Source: Paragordius varius
Taxonomy: Eukaryota; Animalia; Nematomorpha
Assembly (NCBI GenBank): GCA_964247055.1
Contig: OZ176057.1
Span: forward strand, 5,952,001-6,016,000
Direction: 5' to 3'
Length of the DNA stretch: 64,000 nucleotides
A program made the translations under genes and the position numbers. Below, in pieces: positions 22,954 to 38,119 of this stretch. Position 1 is the first letter of the stretch; the number at the start of each line of letters is the position of its first letter. The notes beneath the pieces were generated by a model that was not told the origin of the DNA, made no database searches, and saw nothing but the letters and a program-made list of their open reading frames with translations.

Positions 22954-25358
22954 TAGTTTTCACTAAAATCAATATATACGAAATGGTGCAAATCCCCTTC
23001 CTGATATGGAGCAGTTATTTCTAAACAGGTACTTTCTTAAATTACTAGTATGGATTCCAAAAACATTATAATGATACTGATGTATTTTTTTATAGTTGGG
23101 ATATTTTTTACCCTAATTATGGACTTGTTTTATATTTTTGGGATAGTGTTATTTCGCAGAGGTGTTTAGATTCTAATATCTTTAGATAAACATAAATGCT
23201 TTCTTTATTTTTGGGCGCATGTCTCCAAACTCTGTATTACAAAATGTATAAGAATTTTGATTCCAAACTTTTAGCTACCATTTAATTTTTTTAATTCGCT
23301 ATTACAGTGTTTACAAAAATATTTTGATAATTTATATTCTGATAAGTTGTATCATTATTACCTTTTAATTTTGGCTATAAAGAGTGATTTTGAATAACAT
23401 ATCTACATCAAAAATCTACTCGGGTTCATTGTGGTAAATAAAATTAGGCGAAAGTTATTTCTTTATTTCAAAATTTAATATATTCGAAACTTTAACAAAT
23501 AAGCAAAACAATATTTAAATAAATTTTTAATTTCAGATTTGGGTGATAATCACAAATTTTAAACTCTTTGAATAGGCAATTTCAAAATAAAACCAAAGGG
23601 CTAGATTTTGCCATAAAAATATTTAAATATATATCCTAATGACATAAAAAAATTGAATCGATATTTACTAATTTGATTTCCATAAAACTTGATGAAGTTT
23701 ATTTGCTGGTATTTTGAAGCGTGGTGTATAATTCGTATTATATACATGAAACCATGGTGATATAAGATGATGCTAAACATTTGTATCTCTTCCAATTCTG
23801 CTCTCAAATATGTGTTTAAATTTTAAATAGTTTGACATTTTCATCAACATAAATGAATATATTAAAATTAAACTTAAATTCATAAGCCAACAAATCATTT
23901 AATCAATCCAGACGATAGATATTTTTAATAAACTACAACTGAAAAGATTAAGCAAATCAATTATTTTCTAATGTCTTCGAAAATATTAAACTGCTCCTTT
24001 GTGCAGCGCTTTATCGATGCAAAAAGGAACTAGCCAGATAACGTTAAAATAGGGAGATAGGCAGATGCTGAAAAAATTCCCAAATCGATTTTAAGTTGTC
24101 GTACTGGTTATATGATACCGAATTCATTCGGGCGTTTCTCAATACCTAAATTAGTTTTGTTAAGCTTGTCAGTGTTTATCAATCTGCAAAAAGTCTAAAT
24201 TAAATATGGTTTAAATAAATTTTGTAATAACATAAAATACATACTTTAACTCTATTTCATATTATGACACAATGTTTAACATATTTAATCGATTATGTTT
24301 GATCCATATAAAAATGACTATCATTAGCCTTTTTGTCTGATGATAGGAAAAGTGCACACCTAAGTTTTTTCAGCCATAAAATTCGACATGATCGCAATAA
24401 TAAATATAAGAGACGAAATTTATGGAGATTTATGTTGAGATTGCTTGTTGTTTATATGACTCTGCGTTCGCAATCAAGGATAAAAAATTTGTTGAAATAT
24501 ATACATACATATTATGATAGGAAAATGTATTAGGATTATCTCTTTTGGTTTTGGCCCTTACAAAGTTCTCAGAAAGTTACGTTATGCTCCATATCAGAAA
24601 AGAATTTATAAACATTTGTTTAATTTTTTCTTGGTAAAAGATAAATGCATCATTTTACATCATTAAAACTAATCATAAACTACGTATGAAAAGGAAAATA
24701 TTTTAATTTTTAAATTTGAACTCCCATAATCCCAATTTTTTTCTCTTTTAAAATAATGTAGTAAATAAACTTAGGAAATTAGGGGCGATAAAATTAATCA
24801 ATATATGCTAAATTTTGACATATAAATGGATACTCTTTACAAACATTTAATTTTTAAGAAAATTTTGTCGAAGCGTCGTCATAATTTTAGGCATGATGGA
24901 AGCGGTAAGAAACACATTTTCAGATAAACACCTTTTCTATATTTTTGACAATACTGAACATTTATAATGCTTTTTAATTTAAAAGTTGGTTTAACTATTA
25001 TTTATATTTAACATATGAAACGAATATTTTTATTAAAATACTGTAATAGGAATGTTCATCCTCATCAAATAATATGGAAAAAAGCTATTAATATCAAGCG
25101 TTTTTATACCCTTTTCGATTATGCTTTATAATAGGATGAAGTAGCTTCATCAAAATATCGATAAAAATCAAATTTTATAAAATAGCATTTTTAGAAATTG
25201 TTATAAAAATTTATTTATTTTATTGCGCAGTCCCGGTTACGCGTTTATTTATGACTGCCCATTTTAAAAGATCGAGAAATTAGCCTTCTTTTAAATGCCA
25301 GATTATAATGATTTTTATTTATTGGGTCTCATTAGGAAAAGCTCCTTAAGATTTTTAA

Positions 25359-25519
25359 CGTATTCTATTATTATATATTATTAAAGAAAAAACATGATTA
25401 AAAATCACTGCCATTTTGTTTTTTTAACTATTTTCAGCGTATTCTATTATTATATATTATTAAAGAAAAAACATGATTAAAAATCACTGCCATTTTGTTT
25501 TTTTAACTATTTTCAGCGT
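25359..25519. repeat. Perfect 79-bp tandem duplication
   Basis: CGTATTCTATTATTATATATTATTAAAGAAAAAACATGATTAAAAATCACTGCCATTTTG...TTTTCAG starts at 25359 and again at 25438. Confidence 0.9.
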
Positions 25520-25657
25520 AATTTGAATCGAAACTTAACTATATATCGATCATTGGATGAAAGTTAGAAACACTCGCAAGCCCTCTAAAATTATTAAAAT
25601 AAACTAATTTCTAAAATATGCTTATATTTTGAAAATATAATACTTCTTAATTATTTT

Positions 25658-26205
25658 ATCGATTCAAATTGGGGTATCTATATACCCAGTTTTTAAAAAA
25701 CTCCTGAAGGAAATGTTCTAAATTTAAATTTATGCTTCTATCCTAATAAAAATTATATAAATATGCCAAAATATCTAAAAAATTTGTTTTGAAAAAGTTT
25801 CTTGTCAAACTACTTCGACACCATTATACAAAATTTTTGCAAAAAATCGTCTTCATTTAATTTTAAGGGTAAAATTAAAGCTAATTTTCTATTAATTATT
25901 ACATCTAACATTGATAGAAATGGAAAAAGCGGTTTATTTTGTTTTATTTTTTAATTTTGCAATGACAAACATGTTACTTTAACTAAATTTTTACCTTTAG
26001 ATTTTAGCTTAAAATAAGTAATATCAAGTATTTTTAAATTAAATTTTTTGTATATTTCGGTTTATTAATGTTATATAAGAGCAAAATTTGCCATGGTTTC
26101 GATTCCTTCCATATTTTTAAAAGAATTTAGTTTTAAACAGGCCTGAGGTATTCAACTACCCCAATTTGAATCGAAAAACTAAAATAAATACGTTGTATCC
26201 AAGTG
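25658..26205 (-). mobile_element. piggyBac-like non-autonomous element (family E), copy 3, inverted
   Basis: Ends ATCCAAGTG|TTAA at 26205. The internal sequence is the reverse complement of copies 1 and 2. The other terminus is eroded. Confidence 0.7.
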
Positions 26206-26282
26206 TTAAAATTAATTGTATTTGACCATACATCATGTCATATGAAAATGAATTGAACATCTGTCTTGAAATCAATTCCTAG

Positions 26283-28710
26283 ATGGTTTTTAAGGATCAA
26301 CAAAATTTTCACGATAAATATGAGTTATTTGATCTGCTAAGCAGGTATATACTTATATAATTATTTTTATATAAATTTTGATTGGCAAATGATTTTCATA
26401 TCAATATATTTTAGTATAAAAGTGATTAAATACAAAAAGGCTGCTTTATTCAGTTTCAATGGTTCAAAACTATTTAAATTACCCATAAAATAATATTATA
26501 ATTTTAAATATTATTGTTTTTTTAATGATGAAACTTTTTAGAATTTGATTCAAATGCAATATTTTTTACAAATTAAATTTGTTTGTTTGAAAACCTAATG
26601 AAATTTGATCCGGTTTTATTTTCAATTATATATGTATAGTTGGTACAACGCATAAGCATATTTTTATGTATAATTTTATATTAAATTAATCATTTAAAAG
26701 CAATGAACCTAACATTGAAATCAATTACTTAAGAATGAAATTAAAATGCTTTTCTATTTAATAATTTTTTAGCATTTTTAAAATACTTTATTTAATTTTA
26801 CAACATTAAATGTTTGACTGATGTATTTGATTTTTTATTTAAGGTTTTTCCGGAAAATATCTATTGAATTCAAATTCACAAAGGTTTAAAAAGTTTTTGA
26901 ACAGTTTATATAGTTCCTTTTTCGACAAAAAATTTTTTTTAGATAATTCTATCAATTTAAATTATTATTAATTATTATAAATAGCGGACCATATTCCTAT
27001 TTATATCGATGTGCTAATCGTGAAACTCAAATGGTGTTTTTAGTTAAAATTGTCGATTTAAACAAATGGGCTCATGTACATTCAAATCAAATTTGTCAAC
27101 ATAAAACTCCTTTAAAACCTACTAATGACCATGTTCTGGAAAATTCTATGCAATATGTCACAAAAAGTTTACAATTTTTTTTTAACTTAGAAGTTTGATT
27201 TCATAAACTATTATACAGACAAAACGCGTAAAAATTTAAAGACAGATATTTTTTTTCCAAAAATAAGCTCTTATAAATTATAAAACTATAATTGTAAAGT
27301 ATGTATACCATTTACAATTCAAATTCACCCTTGAACAATTCAAATTCACCCTTGAACAATTCAAACTCACCCTTAAACAATTCAAGTTCACCCTTAAACT
27401 ATTCAAATTTACCCCTAACTAAAATATATGTTTTTTAAGATTAAAAATTATACCAATATTTTTATATATTTTTTAAAAAAATAAATATTTTGTATTAAAT
27501 TAAAATAATACTGAAAAATAATAAACTATGCCATAAGGATGTATTTCATATTAATAATGAGTTATATTAGCTGCGAAAACACACATATTTTATTTTTAGG
27601 GTGAATTTGGATTTATCAAGGGTGTAGAATTTGAATTGTTCAAGGGTGAATATAAATTGTTCAAGGGTGAATATAAATTGTTCAAGGGTGAATTTAAATT
27701 GTTCAAGGGTGAATTTGAAATGTTTGAAAGGGTGAATTTGAATTGTTTGAGGGTGAATTTGAAATGTAAATAATATATTTGATTATCTTACCAATATGCA
27801 TATCAATATAAAATACTTTTCAGTTTAAAACCGAGTTATATTTAAAAAAATCAGGATTCAAAAAGTATGGGGTTGTTTTTTAGAAAAAAAATATATGACT
27901 TTATATTTATACGTTTTGTCCATAGTTTAATTTCAGTTTTTACTGTTATGAAATTTAATGGTTGCTTATTTTACACTATAGTTGGAAAAATGAAAGGAAA
28001 CAATTGTTTATTCAGCATTTTGTTGTTTTTTCCCATACACTACTGTGTTGTGTTGCAAATTGCCTTACTATACTATAGTGTGAAATAACAATATGCATTC
28101 TTTACATATATATAATTTTTAATTTTTTGAAATTTATTTGAGTTGTATTAGAATAAAGTTAAAACAGTTTTATTAAATTAAAATTTTATTTGATTGATAA
28201 AATTATTTAACTTAAATTTATGGTGTTATAGTGTTTTTACGATAAAAATTGTAGTTTAATTAGTTATTTTGGGTTATTTATGATTAAAATGTTTTTTTAA
28301 TTTTTAATTTGAGTTTTTTACAATTTTTAATGTTTTTTAATAATTTATAAAATATTTTATTTTTTATATTAATAAAGTTTTAAGTTTTTTTAATTTTTAT
28401 TTTCCTTATTTTACACAAAAAATTATATGGATAAGAATGCATAGTTTTAAGATTATATAATCTTAACATAAAATTTTAAATTTTTCCATTAATTATAAAA
28501 TTATTAAAATTATTTGATATTCAACCATATTTTATTAAAGTTTACAAATTTTTTTTAAATATTTTTAGTAAAACTGAAATTATACGGACAAAAAATAAAG
28601 TATATTTTTTTTCTATAAGACAACCTCATACTTTTGTAAACATTAATTAAGCTCATTATAAATTATATAAGTACAATTGTTAATTGTATAATTTAACCAA
28701 TATATGTATA

Positions 28711-28762
<52 letters not shown>

Positions 28763-28911
28763 AAAACAATGCGTAATCTTTTCAAACGAGATTTTTTTGC
28801 CTTTTAGAAAAATTATTTGTCTTTATATTTTTAGGTTTTGTCCGTATAATTTCACTGTAAGCTTTAAAAGATAATTTTTGTTAATAACTTTATACATTTT
28901 TTTTGTTTCAA

Positions 28912-28952
<41 letters not shown>

Positions 28953-29688
28953 ATTTTATAATTTGCATTTTAAACAATGCGTTATCTTTTAAAATGAGGT
29001 TTTTTTGCCTTTTGAAAAAAAATTTTATCTTTATAATCTAAGTTAATATAAATAAGTTTAAAATTTAAAATATTCAAGTTTTAAAAGATAATTTTTGTTA
29101 ATAACTTTACATTTTTTTTTGTTTCAACCAATATATACATATCAATTTTATACTTTGCAATTTAAAACTATGAGTTATCCCTTAAAATGAGGTTTTTTTG
29201 TCTTTTAGAAAGAAATATTTGTCTTTATAATTTAAGTTTCAAAATATAATATAAAATTTTTTAATATTTAAGTTTTGAAAAAATAATTTTTGATGATATT
29301 TTATATGTTTTTTTTGTTTCAACCAATATACCTATCAATTTTATACTTTGCTATTTAAAACCATGAGTTATCCCTTAAAATGAGGTTTTTTTGCCTTTTA
29401 GAAAAATTTTTTTAACTTTATAATTTTAGGTTTCATAAAATAATTTATAAAATTTAAATATTTTAGTTTTAAAAGATAATTTTTGATAATATTTTATATA
29501 TTTTTTTGTTTTTCTTAGAATTGGAAAAATTCGTGGAAATTAGTAAAAGTTTAAAACATGCCAACATTTTAGCTTTGCATGAAACATTTTCTTGCATTTC
29601 AAATCCGAATTCAAACTTCGTTTACCTGCTCTTTGAATAGTAAGAACAATTTTTTGAATTCATTTTAATAAAAAATTTAAGTTTTAGA

Positions 29689-29732
<44 letters not shown>

Positions 29733-32700
29733 TTATAAATGATTTTAGTTAAAGAAAGATATATTTTATGTTTTTAAATAATATAAATATATTTAATTTA
29801 TTATTAAATAATGTAAATTATATGGATTGATATTATAAAAACTTGAAAGAGACCTTATGATATATATTGAAATCAAACATTTATTGGTATATCAATAAGG
29901 TTTCAAGAATGTTTTTTCAACTAAAATATAAATATAATTTAATTTTTTTATTTTAATTTAAATTTTTTAAATAATAAATATAATAAATCTATAATAAATT
30001 TATATTAAATATATAGATTTTGTAAACCTTATATTTGAAATAATTTTAAAAGTATATTATAAGGTTTCAAGAATCCTGCCTTTTTACTAAAATATAAATA
30101 TAATTTATTTTTTTATATTTTTATATTATTTTTAAATATTTAAATAATAAATATAATAAAATTATAAAGTTTTATTAAACCTAAGTTATATAGATTTTAT
30201 AAACCTTATTTTTCAAATAATTAAGTATATCAAGGTTTCAAAAATGCATTTTTTACTATATACTTTTATATTTTTTTGTAATTTTTAATTTGTATTTTTA
30301 TTTTTAAATAATAAATATATTAAATAAAAAAAAATTTATATTAGAATACCTAAATTATATAGATTTTATATAATAAATTTATATTAGATAACCTAAATTA
30401 TATAGATTTTATAAACCTTATTAAATATTATAGTATACCAATAAGGTTTAAAGAATGCTTTTACTAAAAAATATACTTTTAAATTTTTATAATTTTTTTT
30501 TGATATTTTTTTTTTAATAATTTTTATTTTTAAATAATAAATATAATAAAATTATATTAAAATACCTAAATTATATAGATTTTATTTAAAATAATTTACT
30601 ATATCAATAAGGTTTCAAGAATGCCTTTATTAAAATATAGTTATTCATTTTTTTAATTTAAAAAATTTTTTTAATTTTTTTAATAATAAATATATTAAAT
30701 ATAATTAATTTAATTAAAATAATTTAAATTATATAGGTTTTATAAAGCTTACTTTTAAAATAAAACATATTAGTATATCAATAAGGTTTCAAGAATGCCT
30801 TTATTAAATTATATTTACTTATTTTTTTTTAATTTTTATAAATTTAAAATTTTCTATTATTTTGATATTTTTTTTTTTATTTTTTTATTTTTAAATTTTT
30901 TTATTTTTAAATTTTTTAATTTTTAAATAATAAATAATTTAAATATAATAAATTTATATTAAACAACTTAAATATAAATATATAAACCTTATATATGAAA
31001 TACATATATTAGTATAACAATAAGATTTCAGAAATGCGTTTTTACTAAAATATAAATATAATATTAATTTTTTTTATATTTTTTATTTTAATATTATATT
31101 TTAACAATTTTTTTATTTATAAAATTATTTTAATATATTTTTATATTTTTAATTTTAATTTTTTTTTAATTTTTTTAATAATAAATTTAATTTTTATTTT
31201 AAAATTTTTAATTTTTTTTTAAAATTTTTATTTTTAAATTTTTTATTTTTTAGTTTAGAGGGTCCTGACCTATGTCAAGAAATTATACGTCGTTCTGCAT
31301 CTGGATATGTTTATAGTGAAGCTGTAGCCAGGTATTTTTATAATCAAAATTTTAAATATTTTTTTTTAGATTTTTTTATTAAATTTTAAAAAGTTTGAAT
31401 TTTTTAAATATTTTCCCTTTTTTGTAAATATTTTAATTTGAAAATATTTTTATATATATTATTTTTAAATATTAACCCAATACAAATTCAATTGTGATTA
31501 TATATATATCATTTAATATTCATATTATTTACCCTTGAACATTTAAAATTCAAATTCACCCCGAAAATTAAATTTAGTGTTTTCGGGCAGCTAATATAAT
31601 TTTTATTAATATGAAATAAATTTTTATTACATAGTTTATTATATTTTTCAGCATTATATTAATTTTAAACATAATTTGAATATTTAAAACTATCCAAAAA
31701 ATATAAGTAATATTTAATCTTTAAAGACACATATAATATATTTTAGGATGAATTTGAATTGTTTTAGAGTAAATTTGAATTGTAAATGGTATATATATAA
31801 AATTCACAGATATTTTTTTGGAATATTTTTTACAATATTGTCGTTTTAAATAATAACAGTTATATTGAAAAAAAAATCGTAATTTAATAAGTATATGCCT
31901 AATTTTTAGAAAAAAATATTTGTCTGTATATTTTTATATTTTATTCGTATAATATCAGTTTTTTCTGTAATATATATAATTCAACATTAAACAATTCAAA
32001 TTTAAATTCTAAAATATATAAATTATGTATTTTGGTATATTAAAAGTTACATATATTTTTATTATATTTATATTTAAAAAAATGAAATTTAGTTGAATAT
32101 TAACATGAAGAATTAATATAACGGTGAGTTATATCAACTATAAAACACATAATTTATTTTTAGGGTGAATATGAATTGTTCAAGGGTGAATTTGAATTGT
32201 TCAAGGGTGAATTTAAATTGTTCAAGGGTGAATTTAAATTGTTCAAGGGTGAAAATAAATTGTTAAAGGGTGAATTTTAGGTTTAAATGTTATATATAAT
32301 ATAAAAATCTATTATTTTAAACTATTATTAAAAACTGTAATACTTATTTTCACGAGGAAATCCAATTTAATTCAATTTTTACCCTAAAATATATATATAC
32401 AGTTTAATATTTTGCAAATTCCATTTTCAGTCATTATTTCAAACAATTTTTAAAAAACTGTAACTTATTTGCACAAATAATTGAATATAATTCAATTTTA
32501 ACCCTAACCTTTATTCATTTATTTTTTGCAAATTTAAAAATTTAAAATATATTTACATAAATTTTTAATTCGCTGTTTCAAACAATTGTTAAAAACTATA
32601 ATACTTATTTGCACGAGGAAATCAAATTTAATTCAATTTTTACCCTAAAATATATATATATATATATATATACTGTTTAATTTTTTGCAAATTTTAAATC

Positions 32701-35700
32701 ATTTTCAGTCATTATTTTCAACTATTGTTAAAAACAACTCATTTGCACGAGGAATTGAATTTAATTCAATTTTTAACCTATTTCTTATGTTTTTTGCAAA
32801 TTTTATACAATTTTTTACTCAATTTTTTTAACAATTGTTAACAACTGTAACTTATTTAAATTTAATTCATTTTTATTCGAAAATATATATTTTATTTTAT
32901 TTTTACCCTATTTCTTTCATTTTTATACCATTTTATACAATTTTATGCAATTTTTAGTCATTACTTTAAACAATTGTTAAAAACTGTAACTTATTTAAAT
33001 TTAATTCAATTTTTAATTTTTTGCAAATTTTATACGTATATTTTTAGTCATTACTTTAAACAATTGTTGGAAGCTTTAAGTTACTTGCACGAGGAATTGA
33101 ATTTGGTTCATGGAAGTATAGCTCTGGAATTTTGTATTCTGGCTTGTATGAATAGCGGCAATGGCGGCAGTGGGGGCGGATTAAACAGTGCGGCCCCTTT
33201 GAAGTTGGGTGCCTTTGGAAAGGCCACACAAAGCCAAGCTGCTAAAATTATTTCTTCAACAAATACTACTGCCTGTTCTTTAATAACTGATCAGCATGAT
33301 AATAGGAATATCGGGGATAAAAGTGATTAATTTAAAGATTATAATATATAGATGGCGGTTTTATAACCTATTTTAATGGAAAAATTTGGATTTTTATGAT
33401 AGGAATAATAAGTATATCCTGGATATGATATATAGATGGAGGTTTTGTAAAATTTATACATGGCATAGTTAAAAACTTTATTATAGGAATAATTGGAATA
33501 TCAGGGATTTAAAGTGATTAATTTAAAGATTATGATATATAGATGGGGTTTTTTAAAATATATATAGGGGAATTGAAGACTTTTATGATAGGAATATCCT
33601 GGATAATATATAGATGGAGGTTTTATAATATTTAATTAAGATACTTGATGATAATTATGATAGAAATATCCTGAAAGTGGATAACTTAAAGATTATAATA
33701 AAGATTTTCTTAATTTTTTGAAGATTTTAAATTTAATTCTATGATAGGAATATCTTGGATAAAAGTGATTAATTTAAAGATTATGATATATAGATGGAGC
33801 TTTTATACGTATTATCAATGCAAATAATTTGTTAGCTTTTAAAGTTATGATTTTTAAAGATTATGATATAAAGATGGGGGTTTTAAAAGTTATATTAATA
33901 GAAAAATTATGAATATTATGATAGGAATATCCTGAATAAAAGTGATTAATTTAAAGATTATGATATATAGATGGGGGTTTTTTAAGTAATAAATAAATGG
34001 AAAAACTTTGATTTTAATGATAGAACTATCAGGGATCAAAAGATATTAATTTAAAGATTATGATATATAGATGGAGGTTTTTTAAGTAAATTATTAATGG
34101 AAAAGTTATGATTTTGTAGCTAGTTTTTTATTTAAACTGATGACAATATGATAGGAATATTCGGAATAAAAAAGCAAACTTTGTAAAAGATTGAAATAAA
34201 GGATGTTTTGTAAAAGATTGATATAAAGATGGAGTTTTTTTAAGATACCCTAATAAAAAAAATTTGGTTAGTTTTTATAGATTTCAAAGTGTTCAGCATA
34301 ATAGGAATAATATAATCCTGAATAAAAGTATGAAAGGATTGTTTTTGTAAAAGACTGATATATAGATGGCGTTTTTTAAATAAAATAAAGATATAATAAA
34401 GGAAGAGTTAAGTTAGTAGTTTAAATTTTTAAATTGTAAAATATTTTTTTTCAAGAAAACTATTAATTTTTGGTTAGTTTATTAATATATTTCAAACTTT
34501 ATTTTAAAAAAACGATAAATTGATATTTTACTATAATATAATAAATTTAATATATTACAGTAAAAATTGTGGAAATCAATTATACGGAATGATAAAATAA
34601 TATACCATATAGAATTTAAATTCATCTCTAAAGATTAATTATGCGTTTCCTAGCTAATATAACTCATCATTGATAATATAAATTATATTCTTATGGCATA
34701 GTTTATTATTTTATCAGTATTATATTAATTTGAAACAAAATTACATTTATAGGTTATTTTAAACAAAATTTGATTTATAAGTAATTTTAAGATTAATAAT
34801 TTATATCGTGAATTGTTCAAGGGTGAATTTGAACTGTAAATGGTATATACATTAAGACAAATATTTTTTCAAAAGACAATTAACCATACTTTTTTAAACC
34901 TTAATTTTTCCCCTATAAACTATTTAATTACGAATGTAAAATATGAAATTCTTAGTAATATTCTCTATTTCACACTTTGCAATATTAAATAATGAGTTAT
35001 ATATCCAAAAAAATCAAGAATTAAAAAGTATATAATTAGTTTTAGAAAAAAATATTTGTCTTTATATTTTAACGGTTTTGTCTGTCCGTATAATTTCCAC
35101 AATTTTTACTGTAAATCTGTTGTAAAAAGTTATTTATTACGAAAAATGACGCGTTTTTATTTTAAATATTAAATAAAAGACTGATTTTATTGATTGATTT
35201 AATTCCTATTTTTGTCCTTTAAAAATAATTTTGATTTTTAAAAACTCAAATTCCGTAAATTAAATTTAACAGTATTAAAACTTGTAAACACCTTAAATAT
35301 TGTATTTCTAGTACCGGGCAAATTTTATGAAATTTTAAAATATTTCTTTAAATTTAAATTTCAAAAATATTATTTTTTTTAATGTTAGGGGTTGTATGGT
35401 AAGGTTATATAATTTTTTTGAATATATATATAACTAAAACTTTCAAAAAATATTTAAATTTTCCTAAAAAAACTATTTTTTATCAAAAAAAGTCAAATTT
35501 GGTTATATAAATTTTTAATTTTTAAATTTTGATTTATATATATTTTTTTAAAATTTTTTAAATGTATATATATTTATTAGATGCGTGTAATTTAAACTAT
35601 TTCAACAACAATTTTATTTCACAATTCCCACCGCCTGAAATCTTAAATTTGGGTAATTTTATATTTTTTATTTTATTTTAAGGTGAAATTCTATTTTTTA

Positions 35701-35970
35701 GTTCAAAATATTACAATTTACGATATATTATCTTTTTTTAGTAATTAATAAAATATTTTTTTATATATTTTAAAAATAAATTATTTTTTTTATATATTTT
35801 TAAAATATATTACAATTTTTAACTATCAAAATTTATAAGGTAAAATTATATATGGATAAAACAATATAAAATAAATTTGAAACTTTTTTCTTTATTGTAT
35901 TGTTTTATAAATACTTTTTATATAATTTAAAGAAAATTTAACCAATTTACTGCATCCTATTATTTTTTTC

Positions 35971-36051
<81 letters not shown>

Positions 36052-37787
36052 TCTTTTATAACATTATGTATTTTTTTATTAAATTAAAAGGTTTTTTCTT
36101 TATTTTTAGTTTTTTTTTACTTTTTTAAATATAACTAATTATTTACTAAATTTTATTATTTTTTTTCCTATTAAATATATATACATTATATTTTATTAAA
36201 TTAAAATCATTTTTTTTTATTTTTTTTTAATTAATTTTTTTAAACTTTTTTTATAAAAATTAATATTTTAGAATTAATTTAAATATTTTTAATTTTTATT
36301 TTTGTTGCATATTTATAAAAAATCATAATTATCTTAAACTTTTTTTTTCTGAAAATATTTTTTTAAAAAAAAAAATTAATATTTTAGAAAATTATCAACC
36401 AAAATCAGATATTTTAACTTATATAACATTATATTTTTTTTTTTTAAATTAAAATCATTTTTTAATTTTTTTTAATTTTTTTTTAAACATTTTTAAATTT
36501 TTTTTTAAATTTATAATTTTAGAAAATCATAATTATCTTTAACTTTTTTTTTCTGAAAATCTTTTTTTTTAAATTAAAAAAATTTTAAAAATCATATTTT
36601 TATACATTTTTTCACAATTTTTAATTTTTTCTGAAAATATTTTTTTAAAAAAAAATTAAAATTTTAGAAAATTATCAACCAGCCTCAGATGTGTGGTCAA
36701 GCGGAATTTTACTTTTTATATTATTGGGCGGGAATATTCCATTCATTGGGACGAAAGATATGATTCTTAAACAAATCTCCAATGGACAACTCAAAGTTTA
36801 TTTAATTTTTTTTAATTTTTTTTTAAAAAAAAGTTTTTAATTATAAAAAAAGTTTTTAATTAATGAAAAAAAAGTTTTTAAATATTTTAAGTAAAATTTA
36901 TAAATATAATATGTTAATAAAATGAAATTTTTATATATAATGCGTTATTTTAAATTATTTTTTAAAATTTTTTTTAAAAAAGTTTTTTTTTATAAAATAA
37001 AAGGTTTATTTTTATAATTTTTATATAGTTATATATATATATATATATATATAATGTTACGAAAATTGAATTAAATATATATTATCCATTTGCATTTATA
37101 TAAATTATTTAAGTTATTTTTAATTGTTTTTTTAATAAAAAAATTTATTCAATGAAAAAAAAGTATTTAATGATTTTTAATAAAATATAATGTATATATA
37201 TATATTGTAAGAAAATTGAAATTTTAAATATATATTATTATGCGTTTATTTTAATTATATTTATTATTTTTTTTTAAAAAAATATATGAATATATTTTAT
37301 TAATCTAATTATTTTTACACAAATTTAAAATAAAACTATTTACCTGTATTTCTAAAACAAAATTCACAGTAACGTATGGCATGAAAAAAAGGGCATCTAT
37401 AATTAAATCAACAAAATTAATGTTAAACAATTCAAAAAAAAGTTGTTTAATTTTAACCAATTGTCGTTTTTTATTATACATTAAAATAAAAAATAAATAT
37501 CTATTTTAATTTAAAACCATAGATATATATATATATATATATATAATATTTAAAAACAAAATAAAATATTTCTGGAAATTTCTTTATAAATATGTTATTT
37601 TTTGAACTAAAATAATAAATAAATTTTTATTCAAAAACAAAATAAAATTATATAAAATCTATCTTAATTTAAAAACGAAATAAAAATAAACATTTTTCGG
37701 AAATCTTTTTTTTGTTATAGATATATTTAAATTTTCTAAATTAAAATTTAAAAACAAAAACAAAATAAATTTTTTATATGAAAAAAC

Positions 37788-37840
<53 letters not shown>

Positions 37841-38088
37841 CCATTTACACTTCAAATTCACCCTCTAACAAATCAAATTCACCCTAAAAATAAATTATGT
37901 GTTTTCAAACTAATATAACTCATTATTAATATGGAATATATCTTTATGGTATAGTTTATTTTAATTTAATACAAAATTTTATTTTTTAAAATATATAAAA
38001 TTATAGGTAATTTTTAATCTGAAAAAACATATAATCTATTTGAGGGTGAATTTGAACGGTTCAAGGGTGAATTTTAAATTGAAAATGG

Positions 38089-38119
<31 letters not shown>

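Noticed and set aside
37659-37844. F/I/K/Y-rich ORFs in CASK introns and intergenic DNA (e.g. 3953, 11779, 12632, 14528, 16246, 16787, 21083, 22061, 22290, 23601, 24333, 27867, 37659, 41416, 50570, 53983, 54662, 56068, 62286)
   Set aside because: Composition reflects AT-rich DNA, (TA)n tracts and MITE sequence; no recognisable domains or phase-compatible splice sites.
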